Assembly (NCBI GenBank): GCA_003344405.1
Contig: NOWV01000167.1
Location: 1 to 64,000, forward strand
DNA: 64,000 nt
Reading direction: 5' to 3'
Source: Trichoplax sp. H2
Lineage: Eukaryota
The translations under genes and the position numbers were made by a program. The notes under the pieces are model-generated. The model saw only the letters and a program-made list of their open reading frames with translations. It was not told where the DNA came from and did not search any database. This document shows, piece after piece, positions 13,437-27,644 of the stretch (position 1 is its first letter; each line of letters starts with the position of its first letter).

Positions 13437-14344
13437 TAATAATTATTTAAGAATAACACGATAGACTAGAATTTGGCCAATCTGTAAGAAGATTATAACA
13501 TGATATCCTTATTTCGCGTATTATCATTAACTATCAGTAAATTCGAGCATATACCGAAAGTTGAAAGTTCTGTTATAGTAGCATTATGATATTTATGCCA
13601 TTACTTATACTCTTAAACTTTAATTAGTGAATAGGTAGCATAAATACTGCCTATGTTAATAATTGGATGCAGAGATTTCATAGGAAGGTTATTACAAGGT
13701 TGTAGTAGTCAATGATGGAAATTATGTCGAGTTTCCGATATTTAAGTCCAACCACAATAGTAAGAGAGGGCAATATGACAGTATTAAAACTTACAAGTAG
13801 TAATACTAATAAGATTAATAATTATAATTTGGCATTTTCAAAAGAAGCCTTTTGTAATGTTATTCAACAGGTATTAAACAAACGAGGATATTTCGGTAAT
13901 TTTTTTCTATTTATAAATCAATTTGCGATAGCAGATGTTCTAATTACACAGAAAAAATAGGTATCGCTAGTATTGGAAGATATCGGATCGTTTAAACGTC
14001 ATTATATCATATGCACGTATGCATCATTATTAGTGGTTTAAAGTATATTAAAAATCTACGATAGTATAATAGAGAAGAATGCAGCCTTATCTGATCCTTG
14101 ACCTATACATATTCATGGTCAAGTTATTGGAAAAATAATAAAAATATAGTTATGCTGTATTAATTGCATTTACCTTGCTATAATAGAATTAGCGTTAGAT
14201 AGATAGTAGGGAGACAGATAAAATGCAATTTATTAATGATAATTATATATGTATAATTGGCAATTACGGTATGCAAGATCAGGTAATTACTAATAGGAAG
14301 ATATTTGCTTAATATAACTTATTACAACTCCTAGCATCCTCGAC
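13437..14344. repeat. Segmental duplication copy B (empty-site version of 1-2395)
   Basis: Near-identical to 1-2395 minus the two LTR insertions. Confidence 0.95.
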
Positions 14345-15344
14345 TATTTTATACTTCATTTTTGATTTAACGATATCAGTATTCTGAAAACAATGGCTTA
14401 CTCCGTAATTTCATTGTAAATAAAATTTGAGCTAATTATGACCAAGACGATCAGTGACTATTATTCTCTACTTTCATTGATAGGGATCTAGCTTAGGTAT
14501 TATAGAAATTGTACTTTAATTTCTTTACCCAACTAATATTCACACTAGCAGTAATAGATGACGAAAATAACACTAACTGTAGGTTTACTAACAGAATTCC
14601 ACGATTCGTGAGTTATGTGAACGATCAGCATGGTTTTTACTATGTAGAAATATGGAAAAATATTGATGTGATAACGCCTCTACTTCTGTATCGTATACTG
14701 TATTCTACCCTTTGGTACTACTTCATAGCGAATGATAATATCCTTTCACGCATAGCTTTTGATATTCGAATAGCTATTACCTTTATGATGGTACGAACCT
14801 GAGATATGGTTGTATATTCATTTACTGACTCTAATTGCAATTTGAGTAATAGACACTGGGAGAATTTTTGCTATGCCATATTAGAAGCGCTGGAACATAA
14901 AAAGCTACGGATGAAACAGCAGCGTGCGGTAATCGTCTTCACAATAAATGGTATGGTGGAATGATGAATGTTTATTAATAATTAGATTTATTCCTGATAA
15001 ATGACATCAATTCGCTGCCACATGTTTATGATGAAACTTGGTTTAAATCGTATAAATCGGTAATATTATCTTTATGCAGGTTGATTGCGCCAAAAAAAGT
15101 CGCCATTTATATATATGTTACGGCCAACATATATATATACGCTTTACAACGTCAATTGTCACCCCCTTCTTTTCAACTTTGCGCTGTAACTGCTGTACAG
15201 TACAGTACATACTTTCTGTACATAAATATATATGACACATATACGCATGAGCTATCACATATAATAACATTAGCTAAAAATTTTCATTTTATCTATTTGT
15301 TATACCTTAAAGCTGCCACTACAGTCGATTCTACGGAAGTAACA

Positions 15345-18300
15345 ATGAGTTCGTTACTAAGATCAAGGAATTTCAATTTGGTAAAAATGCACATTTGCAA
15401 TACATCAAGCTCACTTATAAACCAATATAAGTTACCATTTCTTCCAAAGGTATGCTATTCGGTGCAAGTTAAAAATGATTTAAAACAAAAATGCGTCAAT
15501 TTAACTTGGGAGGATGGTATAACGACACGATATCCTCATCTATATTTACGAGATCACTGTCGCTGTTCAGCATGCTACGATTCTATCTCAGAACAACGTT
15601 TCTTATTCAATTGTATCTATGACAATTACAAAGACAAGATTGCCAAAGAGGTTCGCATCTGTGATAAGGGTGAAAGGCTACAAATTGATTGGTATGAGGA
15701 TGAAAAGCATCCTTATTCTGAATTTAAATTAGATTGGCTCAGGAAATATCGCTTCTCGACGGAAGAAGATGAAATGGTAGCTAGCAATATCTACCATCGT
15801 GATCGGCAAATATGGGGTAGCGAGATGCTAAATAAGATACCCCGATACGATTTCTATGCATTATTGCAAGATAAATTGGAATTATATCGATGGTTACGCT
15901 CTCTAATTAAGATTGGAATTACTATCCTTGACAATGTACCCGAAAAGCCAGGTCAAATGCATAAACTTGCCGATCGAGTTTCGTTTCTAAAATTAACCAC
16001 ATACGGGTAAGATTGATTTGTATTTTGCTTTCTACTTTGCCTATCTCCATGAGATAATGACAACTGGATGGACTTATATAGACTGCTAATATACTTGCCA
16101 ACAATTTACCGTGCTATTACAAATCGAGGCTTGTAATGAAGAATTAAAATGACAACTAATCACTCTGGGCTTACCGTTAGATTTGTTCTCCCAGATATCT
16201 GCCTACGCTACTACTATAAATACTGACGATTCTTCCATCGTCAGTAGGCCACAGTAAATCACTCGTGTGTCGTAAACAAAAATTGAATCCGCGCTTTAAA
16301 GAGTTAGACAATTTATAGAACAGTTACAAAATCGTTAGTTTTATTATTAGCACAAAGATGATATTATAAAACTGTATATAAAGTCATAGTGTAATGAAAT
16401 GAAAAGTGTAGAGATCAAGCTACAAAACTTTAACAAACTTTGATTCTACTGTCGTTGCACTCCGGTCGACTTAACGAAACTTTGACACTAAATAAAAATT
16501 GGGAAAATAATCGAACAACAATTTATTACAAAACAAGAATGGAGAGAAGTGTAAACCGAACAACCTTACAAATACTTAGCTTTAAGTATTAATAAAATAA
16601 GTGACAGACTTCAAAAACTGTCAACGGCCAAACAACCTTTCAAAAACAAGAACGTTTTAATTTACGACAATTCGACCCCGAAGGCCTTTTAAATTCAACA
16701 AGTTCTTCAAAAGAATCTTCTTCTACTCTCCCTCTCGAATTTTCTAATTGCACTATCATTTATAGGCTTCATAGAGCCGCCAGAGGTATTTAAAACTAAA
16801 TATTTACTAACCAATCGCTCTTAAGAACCGTTTTAGAAAACTACTTTGCACCATTTAAAAAAAAAAATCATTCAAAGTTCAGACACAATTTACCCTATGA
16901 TTCCCTTACAAAACACTATAAAACCAACAAGTTAGCTATAAAAAAATACGTCAAACTTCACTTGTAACATAATTTCTATCATTCATACGTTCTAAAAGTC
17001 TAAAAACCAACCTTTAAACATCAAGATTTAGTCATAAAAATAACGGTCTAACTACTTAACAATCAACACAACCTCTGCCAATTTCCATCTTATTTTCTAC
17101 TTTCCTCACTAAACTTCGCTTCCTAATGTGACTTTCATGTCCCGTCATAAAATTCCAAAGTTTCAAATTCATATTAAAAGTTTAAATTTCAAAAATCAAC
17201 TCTTACGATATTTTTCGTAAACAAACATCCAAAAATTAAAACAGGAAAATTATATCGGACATAAATCCGTCCGGTTCCGGAATCCGAATCCGAAAAATCC
17301 GGATTTTATAAAGATCACAGTAATCGCTTATCAAAAAAATTTATATGACTATTACGACTACTTTTCTGATATTAGTATCGCTGAATATTGACAGTTGATG
17401 TTTTAGCGTCAGGATGTACGGTAACTGTACGATTATAGACTACATTACAGTCCTTTATTGTCATGACTTTATTGTCATGTTATAAGTCCCCTTTCCCTAG
17501 GGATAGGGTTTTGTTACTAAGTCAAATTCAGTTATAATTTGAATAGACGATCAAACGCCCTTTCTTTAGATCAGGCAATTGCTCCAGGGCTACTTCTATA
17601 GTAATCTATATGATACCGTGTAAAGTAATGAAGAAGAAAAGATGGCGACATGATGATTTGGCAGGGTAAAATCTAAAAACACTATCACTTTCTAGGTATT
17701 TTTTATAGTAAAATAATACTAGTTACATACTAAAAGCTATAAGGGACTCTACTTTTAGTCCTTTACTACAATAGATAGCGGTAATATCCGCAAATATTGA
17801 AAGGTCTTATCCAAGAAAGTCAGATAAGTAATCATCCAAGAAAGGCACTTTGCGGATAATGTAGTATATTTAGGAATAATTCTGATGTTCTGGTAGGGTA
17901 GTATTAAGGAGATGAAATGATTTTTAGATGAGAGATCCTGCTAGTAATACTGCTACAGATACGCTAGCGGTTAGGATCTTCTGGCAATAAGTTTTGAGTC
18001 CATTCTATCAATCCGGCTAATTTAAACCCAATATTTAAAAATCTGTTAATGTAGTAAAGTGAAGTTTGTAATTGTAGGTTAAGACTAAAGCAATCCATCA
18101 CCTTTGAATAAAATTAATTAAGTTATAAATGACTCAGGCTACTAGTTTTATTTATTATTTATACGAGTATCAACGTAGATAATTAATTGATTTACCGTCC
18201 TAATTTAATTTATCAAGGCCCACATTTCAAGTTGAAAGTAGATCTGTTGCTAGTAATGTCGCATTTACCAACGCTGGTCTGGCAATGCATACCGATCTTG

Positions 18301-19095
18301 CATTTATAACCTATGTTCCTGGAGTAAGTTTTCGAAATCTAATAAATTAATTAACGAATTTTTTTTCAATCAAATTTTTTTAATACAGAATGATAATAAT
18401 TTTGCCATACGATAATTTTTATTTAAATAAACTAGGTACAAATGCTGCATTGCATCTCAAAGGCCGGTCAAGGCGGTGAAAGTCGATTTGTTGACGGCTT
18501 TCGAGCTGCTACTCAATTAAAGGAAAAATATCCTGAAGCATTCAATCTACTAGTTAAATATCCAATCCGATACTATGATGTCGGAAAGGATTATATTACT
18601 TTTAATCAGTTGACACAACATCCAATTATCAGGTATAGGATATCTAAGCGTATTTTTTAATAACCAAGAAGGCAATGGATAGATTCTTATTTTAAAATAT
18701 CGATACTAAAGAGAATTTAGATCTTTGAAACTTATTTTGTATGTTGCATTAGATTACATGATAATGGAGAGCTAAAGCAAATCGTTTATGCTGACCATCC
18801 ACGAAGTCCGTTAATGGGTGTTCCACAGAATAAAGTCATCGATCTTTACGATGCTATGAGTAAATTTTTAGAATGTGTTTATGATCCATCCAATATGATA
18901 TATACCTTGTTGGAATCGGGCAGCATGATGGTTCTTGATAATTTTAGAGTGATGCATGGAAGAGCCTCTTATGAAGTCAAACCAGGAAGTTGTCGGCACT
19001 TGGAAGGTGGTTACCTTGACTGGGACGAGGTCACATCACGTATGCGTGTCCTTGAACGAGAACTCAACATTGATTACACTTCAGCAATAGTTTAA
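15345..19095 (+). CDS. BBOX1: Gamma-butyrobetaine dioxygenase-like (Fe/2OG), intact copy C; exons 15345-16006, 18218-18323, 18436-18632, 18753-19095
   Basis: Motifs LRDHCRCSAC, SNVAFTNAGLAMHTD, VQMLHC, GGESRFVDGF, DNFRVMHGR and LEGGYLDWD; uninterrupted frame across GT-AG introns. Confidence 0.9.
16132..16328 (+). mobile_element. Short LTR-like dispersed repeat in BBOX copy C intron 1 (relative at 56564-56760)
   Basis: TGTAA...TTACA ends; TATAAA followed by hairpin TACTGACGAT-n6-ATCGTCAGTA (16221-16246). No clean TSD seen. Confidence 0.5.
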
Positions 19096-20598
19096 GCTAA
19101 CAAGTAAAACAAATTCTAGTAAATGGCTACGATATCATTCTCAATTTCCTTTCCTTTTTAAAATTTCGATGATGGATGCGCATTATCATAGCAATATCTT
19201 CCTGATTGCTTTAGCGTATAATTTGAGATCAATGAAAGTACAAATCGTAAATCAACTTCATACCTTGCTGGAAGTTTGGTAAACCTTTTGTCGAATAATT
19301 TTGGCATTTTTTGTTGTATACTATGGGCAGCAAATGGTCAGCTCAACGTGTTGATCAACGTATATGTTATGTAATCTTACAAAATCTGAAAATAATGCAG
19401 TTAAAATTTTAGAATGAAATGCTTGACTTTATTTCTTTGTCGAGGTACACAATTTACAACGATTGCTTATGAACGTATTATCATTCAGTGAACGAAATTT
19501 ATGCAGCATTTCCGTCTGGAGTTACTTTTGCAATCACTATTAACGGTCCATTATAGTCATCATCATATCCTACAGTAATGCGTTACTTCTTCATCTCAGC
19601 ATCACAATCTTTGTATTAATTAGTCCGTAGCACAACATATCACTTATAAATAGCAACTGTTAGAGCATTAATGATGTTATGATGATCTATGTTACACATA
19701 TCTATCGTTCCTAAGAATTGTTCGATTTAAATATAATATTATAATGGTCTTTCACCATTGGCTTTTAGTGGTTTGATTTTGAAAACATTTTAGAATGATA
19801 CGGATATTAGTCTCAAGTTTTTAAGTTGGCAATCATTTTTTATCAATAATTAATTTATTTAACTTGAAGCATTTTACTATATTTGAAGGATAATCAAGTT
19901 ATGTATTCTTTTGTCTCTGGTGGTTGATCTTAACTTATTTCTTTTTGATCTTGAAAAGCTTTCATGTGTTTCATGCGTGTCAAGTAGTAAATTACTTCAT
20001 TAGCTTCAAGGTTGTATAATTTTGGCTATCGATTATACTAAAATTACCCTAATATGCGTAGGTTGATTGATAGTTTAAAATTCAATCATTAGCAGTTTAA
20101 TGACGAGCATGCAAAGATGGTAGAAAAATTAACAGAGTTTACTGATATTCGATACAGTAGAAGTTTACATATCATTTCTGTACACCTGAAATGCTACATG
20201 CGGCTATCAATCACAACCGGTAGTTCCTTCAGTGCTCGTTAAGCCTGGGTGCATCGAGTAGTCTATGTCGTCAACATAGTTACAATATTCCATTTTTATT
20301 TCTTTAATAATTTATCAATTTTATATCAATGCATAGTTAAACAACTGTAATTTGCCCTAAAATTGAACTTTCCATTGAAAGACAATTACTTCTTATAGAT
20401 GCAAAACTGTAGGAAACAACTAATGCAATCATAAGATACATAATTTACAAGATTAGTTATAAATGTATCTACGTAGCACGTAAGCTATCTCATAATGGCA
20501 CTTGAGTGACTATATGGCTTCGTATTGTCTTGAGTGGCAAATGAATAAGGACAAGTTTCGTCTTTAGCACAATCTATAGTAATAGTAGAGTTCGTCGA

Positions 20599-22130
<1,532 letters not shown>

Positions 22131-23099
22131 TATCTAAAATCCATTTCAAATGATTGAATTACAAATTGGCTCTATACCTTATCGCATCATCATCGCTAAC
22201 TTACGACACTAGTAGAAGACATGGATTTTAAAATTTAAATTGTACAACCTATTGCGGTTGGATAGTGAGGAACTTGTTCTTTGCGAGCAAACTTGTCCAA
22301 TTTCAAAGCTCACCAAGATTTCCAATGTAGAAATTCTTCAAGCTGCTGCAAGGCATCAAAATGAAGTTATCACGTTTACAGGCTAGTTTTAGTACCGAGT
22401 AAGTAATGCGTTACTTACTGTACTCTGATTTCCCAGCTACTGTATTACACCGTACAGCATATTCAATTCCCTTTTCAAGGCTCTACAGTCCTTTGCATCC
22501 AGTACAATACTGTACTGTACAGTATGATACTGTACGGTGGCCCAATCGGGATAGCTTACAGTACAGCGCAGAATTAGTACTGTACGGTACAGATTCTATT
22601 CTGTAAAGTTGTCCCTTTTGGCCCAGTGTACAGTACTGTACACTGAGTGTACAGTACAGTGTAGTACTGTACGCCTGTACGGTACTGTATGATCATTGAT
22701 CACCCGATTAAGCGGCATCGGGTAAAATCGGGTTCGGTTCACAACTGCCGTTGCTATGCTAATACAGTACTCTATACGGTACGGCACCAGCCAGGGTCCT
22801 TTGTCGGGCACCCGATTAAACAGCATCGGGTATAATCGGGTTCGGTTCAGAAAATACTACAATAAACTGCTGTCGCTATGCTACGGATTACGTTGTTGGA
22901 ATATTACAAACTGCCGTCGCTTTGCCGACTGATTATGTTCTTAGAATATTATTATACAATAAATCTTCAAAGGCGACTCAGCCTTGCATCGCTATGCTGA
23001 CGGGTTACGTTGTTATAATATTACAAACTCTCGTTACTTTACCGACGAATTATGTTCTATAGGCGTTAATTGCGATAGGAAATTGTCCGCTACATCAGG

Positions 23100-23303
23100 T
23101 GACGGTGATGAGAAAATGCCAAATTAAGGACCCCGGTACGAGCTCATGGATAAGCGTCACTTGTCTACGGTATATAAGACGAGTTATGTATGTCCTAGAA
23201 CAGTTCTGTTACCAGCCTCTCTGTGTGTGATTCTTGTGAATAAGCCGAATAAAAATTTTGATACTTTTCAAAGTGTAAAGACGAATCACTGAGTTTCCAT
23301 TCA
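23100..23303 (+). mobile_element. Possible short LTR-like segment (allelic copy at about 24039-24242)
   Basis: TG start, TATATAAG, AATAAA and CATTCA end occur in LTR order; no TSD found. Confidence 0.25.
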
Positions 23304-23589
23304 TTAAGGAAAACAGTACTGTGCTGTACAATGTACAGTACAGTACATAGTCTAGTACAGTACTGTCCTACCATTTTTACTACAGTACTACAGTATACTG
23401 TACTGTACACTGTACACTGTACTGTACAATATGTAACATAATGAATTATCATATCAAACGTACTGTATAGCTCCGAACCTAGTCACACATACATTCACCA
23501 ACAGTGTACGAAGAATTAGAAGGAAAGTGTACAGCAGATGAATAAATAAATGCCTCTGTATATGCTGAGNNNNNNNNNNNNNNNNNNNN

Positions 23590-24960
23590 GTCCAATTTCA
23601 AAGCTCACCAAGATTTCCAATGTAGAAATTCTTCAAGCTGCTGCCAGGCATCAAAATGAAGTTATCACGTTTACAGGCTAGTTTTAGTACCGAATCAGTA
23701 ATGCGTTACTTACTGTACTCTGATTTCCCAGCTACTGTTTCACACCGTACAGTACAGCATATTCAATTCCCTTTTCAAGGCTCTACAGTCTACAGTCCTT
23801 TGCATCCAGCACCGTCCAGTACAATACTGTACCGTGGCCCAAACGGGATAGCTTTACAGCGCAGAATCAGTACAGTACAGTACAGTATACACTGTACAGT
23901 ACTGTACACTGTACACTGTACAGTACAGTTCGTCGACGTCCGATCTGACAACGAACGTACAGTACATACCGAACGTCCAAAATCGAACGTCCGTTGGACG
24001 TCCAATCGCTCGACGTCTACAGCACTAGATACATCAGGTGACGGTGATGAGAAAATGCCAAATTAAGGACCCTGGTACGAGCTCATGGATAAGCGTCACT
24101 TGTCTACGGTATATAAGATGAGTTATGTATGTCCTAGAACAGTTCTGTTACTAGCCTCTCTGTGTGTGATTCTTGTGAATAAGCCGAATAAAAATTTTGA
24201 TACTTTTCAAAGTGTAAAGACGAATCACTGAGTTTCCATTCATTAAGGAAAACAGTACTGTACTGTACTGTACTGTGCTGTTGTACAATGTACAGTACAG
24301 TACTGTACATAGTCTAGTACAGTACAGTACATACAGTACTGTACTGTACGGTCCTACCATTTTTACTACAGTACTACACTGTACTGTACACTGTACAATA
24401 TGTAACATAATGAATTATCATATCAAACGTACTGTATAGCTCTGAACCTAGTCACACATACATTCACTAACAGTGTACGAAGAATTAGAAGGAAAGTGTA
24501 CAGTAGATGAATAAATAAATGCCTCTGTATATGCTGAGTACGCTCAGTCTGCTGTATACTTCAACCTCAACTTTCCTCTGAGTCTTCTTTTGCTTTTTCT
24601 ATCTCTAAGCTATCTTCACATGATTGGCAAATTACCGCTTTTTGTGTCACACACTGCTCATGTACTGTACACTGTACACTGTACAGTGTACAGTACAGTA
24701 AAGCCAGCTTCAGATACTAGTACTGTACTGTACATATTAATATACTGTACAGTACAGTACTGTACTGTACAGTATCTCATCCTCTACTTACAGTACAGTA
24801 CAGGACAGGACAGTACTGTATAGGAAGCATCCTATGCCAGTTTACCATCCGGTAACATTATACAGAACAACTAACTACAGCTGTAACTACAGACAATGCT
24901 GTACACAGTGTAGCCTACAGTACTCGCTACTCCGTCTTAGGAAAAGTACTGTGCACTGTA
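23590..24960. other. Probable alternative haplotype contig placed between two 20-N gaps
   Basis: Duplicates 22295-23569 and 24981-25504. The flanking contigs overlap each other identically (23421-23569 = 24981-25128), while this contig carries different SNPs. Confidence 0.85.
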
Positions 24961-25958
24961 NNNNNNNNNNNNNNNNNNNNACTGTACAATATGTAACATA
25001 ATGAATTATCATATCAAACGTACTGTATAGCTCCGAACCTAGTCACACATACATTCACCAACAGTGTACGAAGAATTAGAAGGAAAGTGTACAGCAGATG
25101 AATAAATAAATGCCTCTGTATATGCTGAGTACGCTCAGTCTGCTGTATACTTCAACCTCAACTTTCCTCTGAGTCTTCTTTTGCTTTTTCTATCTCTAAG
25201 CTATCTTCACATGATTGGCAAATTACCGCTTGTTGTGTCACACACTGCTCATGTACAGTACAGTACAGTAAAGCCAGCTTCAGATACTAGTACTGTACAT
25301 ATTAATACAGTATATCTCATCCTCTACGTACAGTACAGTACAGGACAGGACAGTGCTGTACTGTATAGGAAGCATCCTATGCCAGTTTACCATCCAGTAA
25401 CATTATACAGAACAACTAACTACAGCTGTAGCTACAGACAATGCTGTACACAGTGTATCCTACAGTACTCACTACTCCGTCTTAGGAAAAGTACTGTGCA
25501 CTGTACACTGTACCGTGGACACTCGGCTACTCCACTGCTTTTTGCATAGTTCTCATAGTAAATATTGAATTGAGTGTATCCCTGCCCCAAGCTGGTCTCT
25601 AACTCTATACAAAACATGTTATATATATTTAATTTTAGTTGAGTCATACTCGCCATGTTGTTACTTAGCACTTTTGAACTGTTTGCACTCGCAGATACGC
25701 CTGTGCCTTGTGGTACTACTGTACTCTAATCGAATGAGTTAGTAGAGTACGCACCAAAGTCCCTAACTGGCTGTAACTTCTTGAAATCTTGGCAATCACA
25801 CCGGCATTCATTTGTTAAATCTCTTCCATACAGAGCTAGAACAAGAACACAATATACAGTAACACTGTGCCCATTAGAGAATTTCATTTTTGAAGCAATA
25901 ATAAATACAAGTGAATTGAGTTGATATCATACCAAGCACAAAACATTCAGCAATCATC

Positions 25959-26757
25959 ATGTCAGGCAGCCCCGCAATGAAATTAGTCCAAAGCCTAGTA
26001 GAAAGAAGAGGAATACTTATGTTTTCTAAAACCTATTGCGGTTTTTGTACAAAGGTCAAGAGGATCTTTCAAAACATTGGCGTGCATGATGCGGAAATTC
26101 TAGAATTAGACGAGCGAGATGATGGAGACGAAATTCAAGTAGGAGCTTGAGCCAATTAAACAACTTGAATAGACTATATATCAATATTCTGTTAGGGTTA
26201 GGCTTAGGGTAGTGTAGGTACTAGGTATACTGTTACGCATGTTACGATGTATTGTATCAGCAATTAGCAAATCATACTATCCTTCATGTTAATCCAGAAT
26301 TATTTTGCAACATAAAAGTCCATGATCATGACTGACAGCTACGATACTCTATTCACTGCTTAGATAAACTTGCTCATTATAGTGGTTGTGGTCGTAAAGT
26401 AGTTTCATAACGATTGATACCACCGCTATTACTACAAAACTGTACTAAGTTCAAATTACCGCTTGCATACAATTAAACTCCAATTCAATTGTGTAATAAT
26501 TAAAGTGCGTTGCCAAAAATATGTTCAACGTAAAATACCGTCGATAGACCAGTGCATTCGCATACACACTCCAGATGCTCTCGTTTAAAATGGTCTTGAT
26601 TGGATATTTTTTCTAGAGCGCTCTATTACAATTAACAAAACAGCGGACGGTGCCTAATATCTTCATTGGTGGAAAACACATCGGTGGTTGTTCCGATATT
26701 GAGAAGATGCATGCAAATGGCAAGTTGATTTCGTTAATTCAAGCTGCTAGAAGTTAA
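25959..26757 (+). CDS. GLRX: Dithiol glutaredoxin, 106 aa; exons 25959-26138, 26617-26757
   Basis: Motifs FSKTYCGFC, ELDERDDGDEIQ|SALLQLTKQRTVPNIFIGGKHIGGCSD. Confidence 0.93.
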
Positions 26758-27644
26758 GTGGATGAAAAGATCTCGAAAGGACTACGGCATTTTTCTTGAG
26801 TTATTGCAACTGTCATTCATTGGTGTATTCCAGATTATACATGATAATAGTGCAATTAAACTTGGTTTAATGACACGGAGCTTTTTATTGGTTGTTTTAT
26901 GCATTACCCATGCTACACCTGTTCGAGGTCTGGACTAATAAGTATTATTTCTTAGTAGAAGACTGTGACGTGTTCTTAAGTTGTAAATTGTAGTGCTTTA
27001 ATTTAAGGAATTTTGCAAATACTAATCAATACACATACGCGTGCCTTCATCCAGCGAACTAACGATCTGAAATAATGATCTTGTGTAATACCTATGAACA
27101 TCTCATTAGTAAACATGGCAACTAAGAAATTTTCGGATTGCCACCTAGCGATACCATTTTAAATTGATCTATCATCGCTATTTTATTGTTACTTAGCCTA
27201 AGCAATACATGATGGCAGGCATGTCAGCGTGATAATCTATTGCGGTCTTTTGCTATTTAATGGCTACTGTTGACAATAAATATAATACATTCTTATATTT
27301 TGGTGTGATGTACCCTGTAAATGACTGATGCATTATTGATCTTGCAGCAATTTACGACCTTAAAGATGCAAGCTATCTCTAAATAGAATGATGCTGAAGT
27401 AGGCATGTAAATTTTATAGTGTACGAATGTTTTGTACGCTTTTAGAATGCAACCAGTATATCAGTTTAATAAAGTGTAAGAAGTTAGGACAAGGTACCAT
27501 CTCATTCTTAGAGTTTAACTAAACTCGTAGTAACTGTAGTTATTGAATAGCAGTTGGAACCTATAGTCATTTACAAATTGCTGACGATTTTCGAGTCATG
27601 CAACTAAGCAAAATAGTAAATGTAAATTCAGAGATGTAGTTAGC

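Larger units (their letters stand above)
22410..25520. repeat. Interspersed CAGTA/CTGTA pentamer arrays between divergent RBX1 and glutaredoxin
   Basis: Many runs such as TACTGTACAGTACAGTACTGTACTGTACAGTA interleaved with unique sequence. Confidence 0.95.

Noticed and set aside
15081-15344. N-terminal extension of the 309-aa ORF
   Set aside because: Begins at a non-ATG codon and runs through promoter-like sequence; paralog alignment supports the ATG at 15345.
23105-23292. Box C (GTGATGA) / box D (CTGA) snoRNA candidate
   Set aside because: Long spacing, no terminal stem and no recognisable guide sequence.
22406-25671. Many Y/C/T/V/Q/S-rich ORFs (also at 32816, 35535-36762 and 58047)
   Set aside because: These are translations of the stop-poor pentamer arrays.
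26192-26211. TTAGGG-like repeats in the glutaredoxin intron
   Set aside because: Only two perfect units, which is too short to call an interstitial telomere.
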